Positions 32,974 to 46,552 are shown, counted from the stretch's first letter. The stretch: DNA of 64,000 nt from Rebecca billardiae RCC1528 (GCA_965240325.2 OZ251244.1:744001-808000), one strand, 5' to 3'. Numbers and translations: made by a program. Notes: generated by a model from the sequence alone, not told the origin.

Positions 32974-35096
32974 CTATGCCTTGACCGCTGACGGCGCTGT
33001 CGACGCGTCGCGTGGCGGCGGCGCTGTTGCGGCTGGGGGCACCGGCGGTAGCGCCGACGCATCGACCAGCTCATCGCCCTGCACGACGAGCCCGGTCACG
33101 AGCACGCCGTCGTCGCGGTACGGCGGCTCGCTGTTATCGTGCCAGGCGCTCGCACCCGCGATCGAGGCACCGCCATTGGTTGGCAGGCCCTGCGGCGCGC
33201 CCCTCGAGGATGGCAACGTTGGCTGGGCAGCCTGCAGCTGCAACGCGACAGTGCGGAAGGGTGCGCGCGAGCGAGCGTACGTGGGTGATGGTGAGCGCGA
33301 GGGTCTCTTCCCCGAGAGGACGCGTGTACTTCCCCGCGGCAGCGTCGAAGGCGCACGCGCGCGCGCACCTCCACGGCGGCGTGATTCCCGCCCGCGGCCG
33401 CGGCGGCGACCGTCGCTGCAGGTCGCCGCCTCGGCCTGGCGCGCGCGCGAGCGTACAGGGGACAGCGCGGCCAGAGGCAGCAGCACGCGAGGGCCGCTGC
33501 GACCGCGATGGCAATGGCGATGGCTGCGGCGACCACGACCCACTCTGCGGCCGTGAGGCCCGCGACAGTCCCCTCGCCGTGCGCGGCGGGCACGCGCGCA
33601 CCGTTCCCGTCGCTCCCACCGCCTCCGTCGCCACTGCCGCTGCCCGACCCTCCACGGCCGCCGCCACCGTCAGCGCTGCCGCCATCCGTTGCTTGCGGCG
33701 GCGACGGCGGTGGCCATGGCATTCCCTCCGACTCCTCGGCGTGGAAGCGGTGCTCGGTCACATTGGCCGTCTCCAGCACCAGCCACTCGGAGTCGGCGGC
33801 GGATGACCCGTCGGATGATTCCCAGTCTCCGCAGTTTCCCCAGTGCACGCCGGGCCTGCGCACGAGCGTGCGCGTCCGCGTGGCTCCGTCGACACCCGCC
33901 ACCGCCCAGCCCGCGCCGGCGCCGCTCAGCGGCGCGCCGCTCATGTTGCCAACCTGGTCGAGCAGCTGGCCACCCGCACGCCACACCAGCGCGATCGCGT
34001 CGGTACCGTCCCCGAGCGCTGCCCACACGACGTCGGAGACCGAGAGCACCTCGGAGGCCGCGCGGTAGTCGGCGAGAACGAACGTGGCGCGCGGCGCGAT
34101 CCGCGCTTGCGCTCGGATATTGAAGGCGCGCGTGGCGCCGTCGGCGCACCCGTCGCGGCACGAGAGGAGGCGCAGCTCTGAGGCGTCGATGGGCGCGGAG
34201 CAGCCGTTGTAGAGCTCGACGTACCGATCGTACCCACTCACTCCCGCAGCCTCCGTGGCATTGGGGCCAGACCCGCCACCGCCGCCGGCGTCGCCGCCCT
34301 CCGGCAGATCCGACCGGCCGAAGAAGAGTTCGGAAATGAACACGCAGCCCCAGGCGCACACGCCGGGCGGCGCGGGCGAGTGCGGCGGGAATGGCGGCGG
34401 CGAGGGCGAGCCGCCACCGTCGTGCGAGCCGAGCGAGCCTGCGAGCCGCGAGGGCTCGGCGGGCTGCAGCTCCCACTCCGAGCTCGCCGGGTCAGCGCCC
34501 GCCGATGCCGCCCAGTCGCCGCAGTTGCCGCCGGCCACGGCGGCACGGCGCACTGCAATCGCGCCTGAGAGGGCGTCGCGCACGCCACCGACGAGGATAC
34601 CGTCACGCTGGATGTCCGCGGGCTCGGGTTCGGGCTCGCCGATCGCGTCGAGCACCGTGGACGCGTTGAACTCGCCCTGATACAGAGCGAACGTGTCGGT
34701 GGCGTTGCCGGCGCCCAGGCCCTCCCAGAGCCCGTAACGAAACGGGAGCGCGGCCCTCACGGCCTCGCTCGCGTTGGCGTGGGCGAGCACGAACGACTGC
34801 CCCGGGTGCAGCTCGTACCCGTCGGGCAGCTGGACGGAGTCCTCGTCCACGCCAGGCGCGCGCGTCGGGCAGCCGCCGTAACAGACGCGCAGGCTGTAGT
34901 CCCCGAGATCCACCGTCGAGGCGCACACGCTGTGCAGCTCGAGCACGCGGTCGGCGCCCGCGCCGGAGTAGATCTCCGAGAAGAAGACGCAGCTGCGCGC
35001 CGCCAGCCCGCATGCGGGCGCTCCCGGGCGCGCGAGCAGCAACACGAGCCCCACGGCTGCCCTGATGTGGCTCAGGCGGCCGTGTGTCTCCGCCAT
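32974..35096 (-). CDS. Type I membrane protein with two lamin-tail-like (LTD) domains; exons 35096-33369 and 33237-32974
   Basis: Signal-like N-terminus. Two homologous repeats (VFFSEIYSG..RVLELH..LHPGQSFVLA and VFISELFFG..RYVELYN..IAPRATFVLA). TM helix WVVVAAAIAIAIAVAAALACCC. Phase-0 GT-AG intron. Confidence 0.8.
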
Positions 35097-35166
35097 TGCT
35101 CGCCGGCAAGGCGGCAACGCCTTCGCCCTCCGCTTGGGCGCGCCTCCGCCCACCTGCCGCGTCAGG

Positions 35167-36755
35167 ATGGCGGCTTCCAGCACCCACGATGCGCACGCGG
35201 CGCGCAAACCGGCGGCGATGTGCCTCGCGGACATGCCGGCCGAGGTCATCGAGCGCATACTGACGAGTGTGTCTGACCTGCGCACACTCATGGCCGCCAA
35301 CGCCACCTCTCGCCTCTTCCACGGCGCCCCTGGCGGCCGCTCGCCGGTCGAGCACGCGCTGCGCGAACGTGCGCGCGCGCGCGGGCATGAGCGCGCCCTT
35401 TTGGCGGCGCTACCCCCTGGCGTGTGCAGCTGGACGTCCGAGCTGTTCGCTCGCGAGCGCTTGCTTCAGCTCGCCCACACGCACCGCCATGTCGTCGCTT
35501 GCGGGCGGGCGGATCAAACAGTAGCCAGCGCCGCGCTGAGCGCGTTTGTGGACGCGGAGGGCGGGCTGCACACGTGCGGCGAGGAGGAGGCGCGGGACGA
35601 GGACACTGGGCGGTCGACGGGCGAGTACGGCGCGATGGCGGCACTGGGTCACGGAGGCGTACGCCCCACGTGCTCGTGCCCACGCGCGTCGCCTCGCTCA
35701 GCGCGGTGCGCTTGGTCGCGGTGGCCGCTGGCTGGGCCCACCTGCTCACGCTGAGCGAAGCTGGGACAGTGTACACGTGCGGCGAGAACGGAGCCGGCCA
35801 ACTGGGGATGCGTGACGTGCTGGAGCGGCGCACATTCTGCGAGGTCAAATTCACCGCGAGCGAATACCTCGTATGCATTGCCGCAGGCTTGGACCACAGC
35901 CTCGCGCTCACCGCCGCCGGAAGTGTGTACAGCTGGGGCCACAACAACCACGGCCAGCTCGGCCACGGCGACACGAAGGAGCGGTGGGAGCCGACGCGCG
36001 TCGAGGCGCTGGACGGCGTGCGCGTGGGTGGGCTCGTTGCGGGGGGCATGCACACGCTCATGCTGTCAGCAGGTGGTGCTGTCTACTCGTGTGGCAATGG
36101 CCGCTGGGGCCAGCTGGGCCACCGTGACGAGCAGGATCAGCTCACGCCAAGGCGCATCGAGGCGCTTGTGGGCGTGCGCGCCGTGCACGTGAGCGCGGGC
36201 AATGAGCACAACCTGGTGGTGGACGCGGAGGGTGGCGCATACTCGTTCGGTGGAACAAATAATAACTCTGAGCTCGGACACAATGGCGACGTTGGCGACG
36301 ATAGCGACGATAACGACGACGATGCTGCTGGTTTTTGGGCGCCCACTCGCATTGAAGCCTTGGCAGCCGTGCACGCGGTACGCGCGTGCGCTGGCCACTC
36401 TGGCAGTGCCGTTGTGTGTGCGCGTGGCCGGGTGTACGCGTTCGGAAACAACGGGTACGGGCAGCTGTGTGGCGGAGACTGCGACGACGACCGACCGCCG
36501 GCTCCAGTGCAGGTATTCCGGCGTGCGCGTGTGCTCGACGTTGCGCTGGGTGACGACGGCCACGCGCTGTACGTCACAGCGGACGGGGCAGTGTACTCGT
36601 GCGGCGAGCACACGGCTGCGCGCGGCCTCGGCGTGAGCGCTGCCGACTACGAGGATGAGCAGGGTGAACGAATCTACGCACAGCACTGGCTCACGCGCAT
36701 CGAGCAGCTGCCGCGCCTTGGCTCAGGGCCGCTGATGAGCAGCTGCTACTGCTAG
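35167..36755 (+). pseudogene. F-box-like + RCC1-repeat protein with a one-base frameshift near 35664-35667 (pseudogene or assembly error)
   Basis: N-terminal LADMPAEVIERIL. RCC1 repeats (AAGLDHSLALTAAGSVYSWGHNNHGQLGHG etc.) continue in a different frame after ALGHGGV, and no intron would rejoin them. Confidence 0.75.
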
Positions 36756-36996
36756 TGCCCAGGCATGTCGTGGAGGCAGGCATGTGTCTGTCATACATGA
36801 GCATAGAATGGTGATGAGATGGCGCCATGGCGGGTACCTAGCGGGCGGGCTAGCACCAGTTGATGACGACTGCCGCCGCCGACGGCTCCGGCCACGGGCG
36901 TGCGTGCTCCGGACGCCGCACGGCTGGCGTCCGCCGCAGTGCTTGCGTCGCGCGGACGAGCCAACGGACTCGCAAGAGGAGGGCTCGCCGATCGGG

Positions 36997-38640
36997 ATGG
37001 CTCCCGCGAGCGCGCCTTCGCCGCCGGGCGGGGCCGCGCGGCCGATCGTGCAGCTCGACGAGCTGACGATCAACCGCATCGCCGCGGGCGAGGTGATCCA
37101 TCGCCCCGCCTCCGCCGTCAAGGAGATGCTGGAGAACTGCATCGACGCCGGCGCGCGATCCGTGACGATCAGCGCGTCCTCCGGCGGCCTCAAGCTGCTC
37201 GAGATCGCGGACGACGGGCGCGGCATCGCGCGCGAGGACCTGCCGCTCGTGTGCGAGCGCTTCGCGACCAGCAAGCTGCACACGTACACCGACCTCGAGA
37301 CCATCGCCACCTTCGGCTTCCGCGGCGAGGCGCTCGCGTCGATCTCCCACGTCGCTCATGTCTCTGTGACCTCGATGCCCGAGGGCGCGCCGTGCGCGTA
37401 CCGCGCGACGTACGCGGACGGCAAGCTCGTGCCCGAGGCCGGGGGCGCCTCCGCCGACCCGCGACCGTGCGCGCGCACGCGCGGCACGACCATCACCGTC
37501 CAGGACCTCTTCTACAACGCGCCGGCTCGGCTGAAGGCGATGCGCTCCGCCTCTGAGGAGTATGGGCGCATCCTGGACGTGCGCGCGCGCGCGCGGGCTG
37601 TGCGCGCGCGCGGGCAGGCAGGCGGCGGCGGGGCTCGAGAGCGCCGACGCCCGCCCGCTAGCCTGCCCGCCGCCTTGCGCGCCGACGGCCCGCAGCCCTG
37701 ACCCTGGTCGCTTTGCGCCCGCTGCCCCGCTGGCACTTGCGTCCTGCAAACACGCGCGCGCCGCGCGCACACAAACGCGCGCGCCGCGCGCACACAGGTC
37801 GTGGGCAAATACGCGATCGCTTACCCGGAGGTGAGCGTCGCGTGCCGCAAGGTGGGCGCCGGCGGCGGCGCGAGCGGCGCTTCCGCCGAGCTGCACACGC
37901 GCGCGGCCGGCGACGCGACCGCGGCGGTGCGCTCTGTGTACGGCGCGGCGATCGCTCGCGAGCTGCTGACTGCGGCAGCGGAGTCCGAGCTCGAGCCATC
38001 CTCACTGCCGGTGCGCGTGGCGGGCCGCGGGGCGGCGGCGCGGCCCGGCGCGGCGCCGCCCACGCTGCGGCTACGGCTGCTCTGCACCAACGCCAACTTC
38101 TCCGCCAAGAAGGTCTCCACGATCATCTTCGTCAACGGCCGGCTGGTCGAGTGCGCGCCGGTGCGGCACGCGCTTGAGCGCGAGTACGAACCGTTCCTGC
38201 CGCGGGGCTCGCACCCCTGGGCGCTCGTCCAGATCGACGTGCCGCCCGAGCGGGTGCGCGCTGCACTGCACGCGCTGCTCTGCGCGCGCTGCGCGTGCGT
38301 GACGGGCGCGCGGGCCCGCGCGCCCGCGCCGCCGAGCGCCACGCGCCACGCCCCGCGGCGCAACCGCCAGTCTGGTGCGCGTCAGGCGGGGTGCCCTGAC
38401 AAGCACCGTGCCGCGCGCGCGCGTGCGGCGCGTGCCGCTCGCAGGTTGACGTGAACGTGCACCCGACCAAGGCGGACGTGCACCTGGCCGACGAGTCGGA
38501 GGTACGCGCCTGCGCCCGCGCACCGGCCCCAATGCACCTCTGCTCGCCCCTTCTGAGGAGAGTCTGCGCTTGCTCGCTCGCGGCTGGGTGTTACACATGC
38601 GTGTGACATGTGTGTGTGTGCGAGTGTTCGTGTGTGTGTG

Positions 38641-38680
<40 letters not shown>

Positions 38681-41139
38681 CATGTGTGCTCAAGAGAGAG
38701 AGAAGGGCGGGCGAGATGCGCATCTCCACGCGCGGCCGGCGCCTCGAGCGCGCGCGTGCACCCAGGGCGCGTGCGTGCGCACACGCGCGTGCCGGCACGC
38801 GTGGGCGCGCCCAGCGCATCAGCGCGGTGGTAACGCGCGCCGGCGCCGGCGCCGCGCGGCGCGCGCCGCGCTCCGCGCCCATTTGCGTGCGCACGCAGGC
38901 GGTTTCGCTGCTTCAGGCGACGCTGCGCGACACGCTGGCGAACGCCAACGCCTCGCGGACCTTCGCCACCGTCTCGCAGCTGCCACCGGCGCCGCAGCTC
39001 GTTCAGACCACTCTTGGCGCGGCCCGCAAGCGCCGCGCCGACGAGGCTGACGACTGCGGCACGGGCGCGGCAGTCGGGGCGTGTGCTGCCGCGGGCGGCG
39101 CTGGCGCGGCGGCGGCGTCGCGCGCGCTCGTCGCCCCGGATGGCGCCGGCGCTGCGGCTCTCGGCGCGCACGGCGGCGCGCGCGCAGGTGCGGTGGCGCC
39201 GAGCGCCGCCGGTGTGGCCGGCACGCCCCGTGACGCGCTGCTCGGAGCGCCGAGCGCCTTTCGGCGAGGCGACGACGACGGCTCGGCGACACCTGCGGAG
39301 GAGGAGGCCACGCAGGCCTCCTCCGCCTGCGTGCCGGACCCCGCGGCGTCGCAGCGTGGCGGCAGCGTGCCGAGTGGGCCGTCGCCCGGCGGCGGCGCGG
39401 GTCCGCCATCGCCGCCGCCCATGCTCACGATCGCCGAGCTCGGCGGCCTGGCGTTCGGCGGCGAGGAGTCCGGGGACGGAGACCCGTTTGCGCTGCCGAC
39501 CGGTGGCGCCGGCGATGGCGACACGTGGGCGGCGGACGAGGACGGTCGTGGCGGCGGCCGCTCGAAGAAGAAGACGCGGACGCTCGGGGGCGCGGACGGC
39601 GGCGCGCGCGCCGAGCCGCCGGCGCCAGTTTACCCGCAGCATGCCGTGCGCGTGAACCGAGCGTCGCAGCGCGGCGCGCTCGACGCGTTCGTCGTGCGCT
39701 CGCGCGCGGCGCCAGAGTCGCGCGCGGCGCCGGGGCCCGAGCACGGCGCGGCGCCAGAGCGCGGCGGCACGGCGGCGTGGGCGCACGCAGTCGAGCGCGT
39801 GGACGCCGACGATGAGCTACACGGCGCGCTCACCGTCGTCAGCGCCACGCCGCCAAGCGCCGCGCTGCCGCACGGCGCCCGCCACGGCAACGCAGACAGC
39901 GGAAGCCCCGGACTCGACGGCGGCGGCAGCGGCGGCGGCAGCGGCCTCGGAGGCGGCCGCGCTCCCGATGGGGCGGGCGACCGCGACGACGGTGACGCGT
40001 CCGCCGACGCCGCGGGCACGGGCGCGGAGGCCGCGCGTGCGGCCGCAGCCGGCCTGGCGCATGCAGCCAGCGGCCGGCGGGCGGCGGTGGTGCCCTCTGC
40101 TCACAGACTGGCGGGCGCAGCACCGGGCGGGGAGGCCGCGCGCAGCGGCGCCTGCGACGGCGCGGGGGATGGCGCGGGTGCCCGCGACAGCGGAGGCGGC
40201 GCGCTCCGCGTGGCGGACGTCTCCGGCTGTGCGAGCACGCGCAGCGCGGCACTCGGCTCGGCGATCGAGGCAGACTGTGGGCGCAGCGCGTGTCCGCTCA
40301 CCTCCATCCGCGAGCTCCGCGCCGCCGTCGACGCCCAGCGCCACGCCGGGCTCACCTCCGCCCTGGGCGCCTCCGTCTGGGTCGGCTCGGTCGACGAGCG
40401 CGCCTTCCTCACGCAGGAGGGTACCCGGCTTCTACTCATCAACGCGCAGTCTGTAACTGCCGAGCTCTTCTATCAGCTCGCGCTGAGCAAGTGGGGCGAG
40501 GCCGTACCCATTCACTTTGCAGCGCCCGTGCCGCTCGAGGCGCTCGCGACGCTCGCCGTGCGCGCGGCCGCGGGCGCGACGCACGGCGGCGCGCCCGCCG
40601 CCGCCGAGCTCGAAAGCGCCGGCGCGCCCGCCGCGCTCGAGCCGACGGCTGCGGAGGCGGCGCAGGTGCGAGCGATTGTCTCGCTGCTCGAGGCCAAGGC
40701 GGAGATGCTCCACGAGTACCTCTCCGTCGTGGTCGCGGGCGGCTGCCTCGCCGCCCTCCCCCAGCTCGTGACCGGGTACGTGCCGCCGCTCTCGCGCCTC
40801 CCCGAGTTCCTACTGACGCTCGCGACCGACGTGAATTGGGCGGAGGAGAAGCCGTGCTTTGAGGGCCTCGCGCGCGCTCTGGGCGCGCTGTACGCTGTGC
40901 GCATGCCGGAGCAGCGGCTCAGCGCGCGCGAGGAGCGCGAGGCGCGCGCGCGCGGCAGCGTGCGCGAGAGTGCCGCCGAGGGCGAGTGCGAGGGCGCCGA
41001 CTGGACGCTGCGGCACGTCGTGCTGCCGCGGCTCGGCCGCGCGACGTGCTACGCGCCGCCTTCGCGGCACGCGCGCGACGGCACGGTCACGCAGGTGGCG
41101 TGCACGCAGACGCTCTACCGTATCTTCGAGCGCTGCTGA
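36997..41139 (+). CDS. MLH1: DNA mismatch repair protein MLH1; exons 36997-37578, 37798-38253, 38445-38501, 38899-41139
   Basis: [55 protein letters not shown] and the C-terminal LYRIFERC diagnostic of MLH1. Confidence 0.97.
38609..38677. repeat. (TG)n microsatellite in MLH1 intron 3
   Basis: Interrupted TG run. Confidence 0.9.
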
Positions 41140-41453
41140 GCCTGGGGGCACAGCCAGCCGCGCGGCCGCTCGTCCAGCTGGTGGGGGCCTCGTGGCGGTG
41201 AGTCGGGCCTGCGCAACGATCGCCGCTAGTGGCGACCTGCCGTCGTAGTCCTGACTGTCGTCAAACTACGACTGTCGTCGCTGCTTCCTTTCATTGTTCG
41301 ATCCGTCTTTGACCATTGACCAACGTTTTACTGTAGCTTTGCACTGGAGCACCGCGGTGGGCGAGCCAGCCCACTTCGCCCGCAATGGCGGCGATCTAGC
41401 GACCGCCTGGGCCGAGCCAACCCCCCGGGACCCGCACGGTTTGCGGGCCGTCG

Positions 41454-44400
41454 ATGGCGGCGATCATGATGCAAATACAACGATCCATCGTCGAGAAGCG
41501 CTTGGCGAACCTCGACGACCAGCCCGGCGCGCGCGCCGCGGCCAAGCTCGCCGCCACGTGGCGCGCGCGGCTCGTGCGCAAGCGACGCGTCGAGCGGCGC
41601 GTGCCTGTGGGCGCGCTGCTCGCATCGATCCGCGTGAGCCGATTCCTGCGGCGCGGTCTGGTCTCGTTCGCGATCTACATCGCGTACGTCTTCGTCATCA
41701 GCTCCTTCATCGTGCGCTGGTCCGACCAGCAGGCCGTCCACCGGATGGAGCGGCAGTTACTGGACAGGATTGACGACGGCGCGCGCGAGCCGGCGCGCGA
41801 GGACGTGCGCGACCTGGACTCGATGTGGGGCTACCTCGGCGCGCTGAAGGAGGGGCTGTACGATGCGGGCCAGCCGCTGCGCGACGAGGAGCCCCTCAGC
41901 GCGCTGCTGTCCGGCGCGCTCTGTCCATTCGGTGCCGACAGCAGCGCCGCCGCCAACCCGTGCGCCAACCGCGTGTGCGCAGGCGTGCTCTCGGCGCTGG
42001 CGGCAGGCGGCGGCAGCGGGGGCAGCGACGGCGCAGGCGAGCCGGTCGTCTCCGCCGAGACCTCGGCGTGCGCGTCGATCATCGCCACGTACTGCGCCGC
42101 GCACCCTTCCGAGCCCGCATGCGCCGAGGCTTTGGCATCCCTCGGCCCCGGAGATCAGATGTGGCCGCAGCCGCCCGTGGGCGCCGGCCCGGCGGCGTGC
42201 GTGTTCGTGCAGAGCGGCCCAACGAACCCGTGCATGAACCCAGGTGCGGCGCGCGCGCATGCGGTGGCGGGTGACACGCCGGCACGCAGCCGCGCCCGGC
42301 GGCTGCACCCGCCAGTCGGAGTGCGCGCGCGGCCACCTCGCCCGCGGAGTGGCACCCATCCTGCGCCTGCTGACGCGCGCCGCGTCCTGCTCGCCCCGCC
42401 CCGCCCCACTGCGGCTGCTGCCGCTGGCATGACACCCCGCGCCCCCCCCTGTGCACACGGCGCCGCGCAGTGTGCGCGGGCCTCGTGGCGGGCGCCGTCT
42501 CGGCATGCGCGCCCGCCGGCACGGATGGCGACGCCGCCGCCGCTGCCGCCGCCGCCGCCAACGCAAGCGCAGCATCTGACAACTCGGACAATGCTACCAA
42601 CGCCACGGCAGACAGCGGCGCGCCCAGCGCGCCGCAGGCATCGCTGCCAGCAGCGTGCACGGCGGTGGTAGCAGCGCACTGCGCAGCATTCCCGACTGAG
42701 CCGGCGTGCGCGCAGGCGCCCGCCATGGCTCGCGCTCTGGCCGAGACGCTACCGACCCGCGGCGGGCGCGGCGGGCGCGGCGGTGCGCGCGCGCCGCACG
42801 GCGCGCCTAGGCGAGGGCTGGGCCAGAGCGAGGCCGCCATGAGCAGCAGCGCTGGCATGCGGGGCATGCTGGACGGCGCGAACCGCGTCATCGCCGCGCC
42901 GTTCGTGTGGCACGCCCGCACGCCGTTCGTGCCGTGCGGCACCCTGCGCCACTTCATCAGCGAGTGCCGCGCGCCGCCGAGCGGCGAGGGCGAAGACGAC
43001 GACGCGCTCGGCACCGAGTGGCGGCCGGCGCGCCTCGAGCTCGACCGCTCGACGTTCGAGGGCAGGGTGACTGGCACGCGGTACGCGCCGGGCGTGCTGA
43101 CCACGCCCGGCGGGAAGGTGGTGCGCCTGGGCGACCCCGTGCGGGTCGAGAGCAGCCTGCCAGGCATCTCCGCTCCGCGCACGCCCACGGTCGGCGGTCT
43201 CTCGATGGCGGATTTGTTCTTCCAGCCTCTGGACATTGGCTCGATGTCGGACGTGTCCTGGGAGGAGGGCGAGCTGCAGCTGGCGTCGCTGCGGGCGGAC
43301 GGCTGGCTCGACCGCACCGTCGCGCGCGTGTTTGTCACGACGAGCGTGTACAACGCCAACCTGCACCGCTACGGACTCGTCACCGTCGCGTTCGGTATCA
43401 GCCGAGGCGGGCGCGTCGAGAGCCGCGTCGATGTGCAGTCCGTGCCGGCACGGCTCTGGGGGCGGCGTGGGTTCCGGCAGCTCGCGGAGCTGGTCTTCGC
43501 GCTGCTGGTGCTGGACACGGCGGTGGTGCTGTGGCGCTGCGCGCGGCTGCTCTGGGCGGGCTCCGTGCGCGCGCTCGAGGCGCGTGTACGCGCCGCGTAC
43601 GTGCGCGCGCTCCGCGCCGCGCGCCGCGCGCTGCTCGGCGCCAGCCGGCCGCAGTCCTCCGCGTGGCTGCCGCACACGTTTTCGGCCGGTGGCGGCGGCG
43701 GCGGCGGCGGCAGTGGCACGGCGGTGCTGCGGCGGTGGGCCGCGCGCACCCCGTCGGGCGTGGCGCACGAGGGCCTGCGCCGCGTGCGCGACGCGGAGGA
43801 CGCCGCCTCTCACCCCGCGTGGCTCGGCGTCGAGCTCATCGCCGTCGGCTTCCTGTGGGCCTTCTTCGCATTCTCGATCGAGCTCGATGCGTTGGTCACG
43901 GCCGCGGGCGAGGTGTTCGCGGCGGTGGACGCGGAGTTCGGCAAGGACGGCGCGGTCACCGCGGAGAGCGACCTGCTGCTCCGCGCGACGGCGGATCTCG
44001 CCTTCTACGTGTTCGAGGCTTCCAACGTCTCCGAGCTGATGGCTTTCTCCGGCGGCGTCACCGTGATGATGCTCATTTTCCGCCTGCTCAAGTACTGCCA
44101 GTTCCACCGGCGGCTCGCGACGATCTCGTCCATCGTCGCGCACGCCGCGGCCGACCTGTCGTACTTCGGCCTTCTGTTCCTCATGATCACCTTCGGCTTC
44201 GCCGCGACGGCGAGCGTGCTGTACGGCGCGACCGACGCGAGCTTCGTCACGGTGCCCGCCGCCTTCTCGACGCTGCTGCTGCTGCTGCTCGGCGAGATCG
44301 AGCACGGCAGGTACACGGGCCTCGGCTCGGCCGAGCTCGGCCACTTCTTCTTCTGGGCGTACATCGTGATTGTGTACCTGCTGCTGCTCAACGTGCTGCT

Positions 44401-45316
44401 CGCGATCATCATCGACGCGTACATCCTCGCCAAGGCGGGCTCGAGCGACGAGCCCGACCTCAGCGCGATCGGCAGGGACGTGCTCGTCAACGCCGTTCAT
44501 GACGTGCTCGACGGCGCGCGCGTGTGCGCGCGCGTGGCCGAGCGAGCGCGCGAGGGCCGCGGCCGCAGGGTGGCTGCCGTGCGCGCGGAGACGGCGGCCG
44601 ATGCGCTCGGCGGCGCGGCCGAGGACGGCGGGCTCGGCGCGTCCCGGCCCGCGTCCCAGCCTGCGGCAGCGTCGAGCGCGCCCGCCGCGGGCAGCCGCAG
44701 CGGCCTGCGCGGCCGACTGCTGCGACGGGCGTCCAGCGGACGGCCGCCGCCGCGCGCGCCGCTCAGCGCCGAGCAGCAGACGAAGCTCATCCACGCGCTG
44801 ACCGCGGGCTCGTCGGCGCTCGACGACGCGCTGATCGCGCGCAGGCTCGCGCGCGCGCAGCCCGCGCTCCTCGCCAGGGGCAGCCACCTCTCCCTCGCGC
44901 AGCTCACCGAGCTCTTCGGCGCCGTCACAGCCACCAAGGTGATGAGTAAATACGGGCGCGAGTTTGGGGGCGGCTCTGCCGACGGCGAGGGCGAGGAGGC
45001 TGGCGCGGGCGGGCTTCGCGCGGACTCGTTCGGCGCGGCCGAGTGGGGCGGGACGTCGGCGTCGACGCCGCTGCAGCCGCAGCCGAGCGAGGACTCGCTG
45101 ACGCGCACGCTGCTGCGCATCGGCCGCGGCGTCGACCGCGCCAACGAGGCCCACAGCCGCGCGGCGGCGGAGCGCCGCGCGATGCGCGCCGAGCTCGCCG
45201 AGCTGCGCCGAGCCGCCGGGCTCGCGTCGCAGCCCGTGCCCGCGGCGCACGGCCACGCTGGTGCCGCCACGGGCACCGGCGAGGCTGGCTCTGCTGGCAT
45301 CGCGGGATGCCAATAA
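41454..45316 (+). CDS. Polycystin-2 (PKD2/TRPP)-like cation channel; exons 41454-42243 and 42471-45316
   Basis: S1 helix followed by a large luminal domain with LRADGWLDRTVARVFVTTSVYNANL. S4-S6 motifs IFRLLKYCQFHRRL, FGFAATASVLYG, AFSTLLLLLLGE and LLLNVLLAIIIDAY. Confidence 0.88.
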
Positions 45317-46439
45317 CGGATGACGGGTGATGAAGCTGCGGCTATCGCGACGTGTCCAACCAAGCAGCAGCAGCAGCCAGCATACCCGCGCATCGCAGCC
45401 CCGTGTCCGAGGTCGGGGGCGCGCCCCGCCCGGCCCGCCGCCGTCCTGCGACTCGTAGTTACAGAACTTGGCACTGTATCGTGGACTCGGTGTCGCGGGG
45501 CGACCGACGGCCCGGGCTCGGCCCGCGGACCGGCCTGCAGACCAGTGATGAATAATTAATTTATATATATATATATAACAAATATATAATAATAATATAG
45601 GCGGCGCGGCGGCAGAGGTGGCACACGAGCTGCGTCGCCGCAGCAATATAACTACTCGTCTGCGCGCGCGGCGCTCTCATCTCCGGCCGTGCCCGTAAGC
45701 GCTGTGCGTGCATCGTCCGCGGGCTATCTAGTCCTTCAGCGCCGACTGGCGCCGACGACGCTGCAGAGCCTCTGCCAGTGCCTGACGGCGGCGGCCGGGC
45801 GGCGGCCGCGGTGGCGGCGGCTAAGCATCGTCAAGCGGCCGGATCGGCACTCCTCTCACACTGCCGGTGGAACCCGCCTAGACACTAACTCTGAGTTACA
45901 GTAGGTCGCTGCTGCTTCGCGTTTCGGACTATACTGCTTCGAGTTTCGGAGTCGGACCCGCGGCGAGAGCATCAATGGTGGCTCGCTCGGCGGCGGGCGC
46001 GCCGGCCGGCGCCGCGGGCGCGCCGCACGGCAGGGCTGAGCCGAGCCTGTCGGCGCGACGGGTGACGTCCCGGCGTCCTGCCCGCGCCGACGAGTATGTC
46101 CCTAATCCATAATCGGGTCGCGGTGACTGCTGGCATCGTGCTCAGCCGCTCCCGCCGGCTCCGGCAGCTCGGGCGCTGCGCTGTCGCCGTCGGTACGGCC
46201 CTCATGGCTTACTGGCGTTGTGCGCGCTGGCCGGCGGCCGCGGCGGCGCCCGCAGCGCAAGCGCCTCGAGCCTGTCAATCAAAGGCGGCGCTATAATTAA
46301 CAGGGGCAGGGCGCCCCTTACTCCTTAGCGCCGTATCACTGGTGACGTATCGTCGCGTTATAATTATTACGCGTCGTATCAAGTTGGGGCAGTCTTCGAT
46401 CAGACTCAGAGAATAGTACATGGTCCGTATGTCCATAGG

Positions 46440-46552
<113 letters not shown>

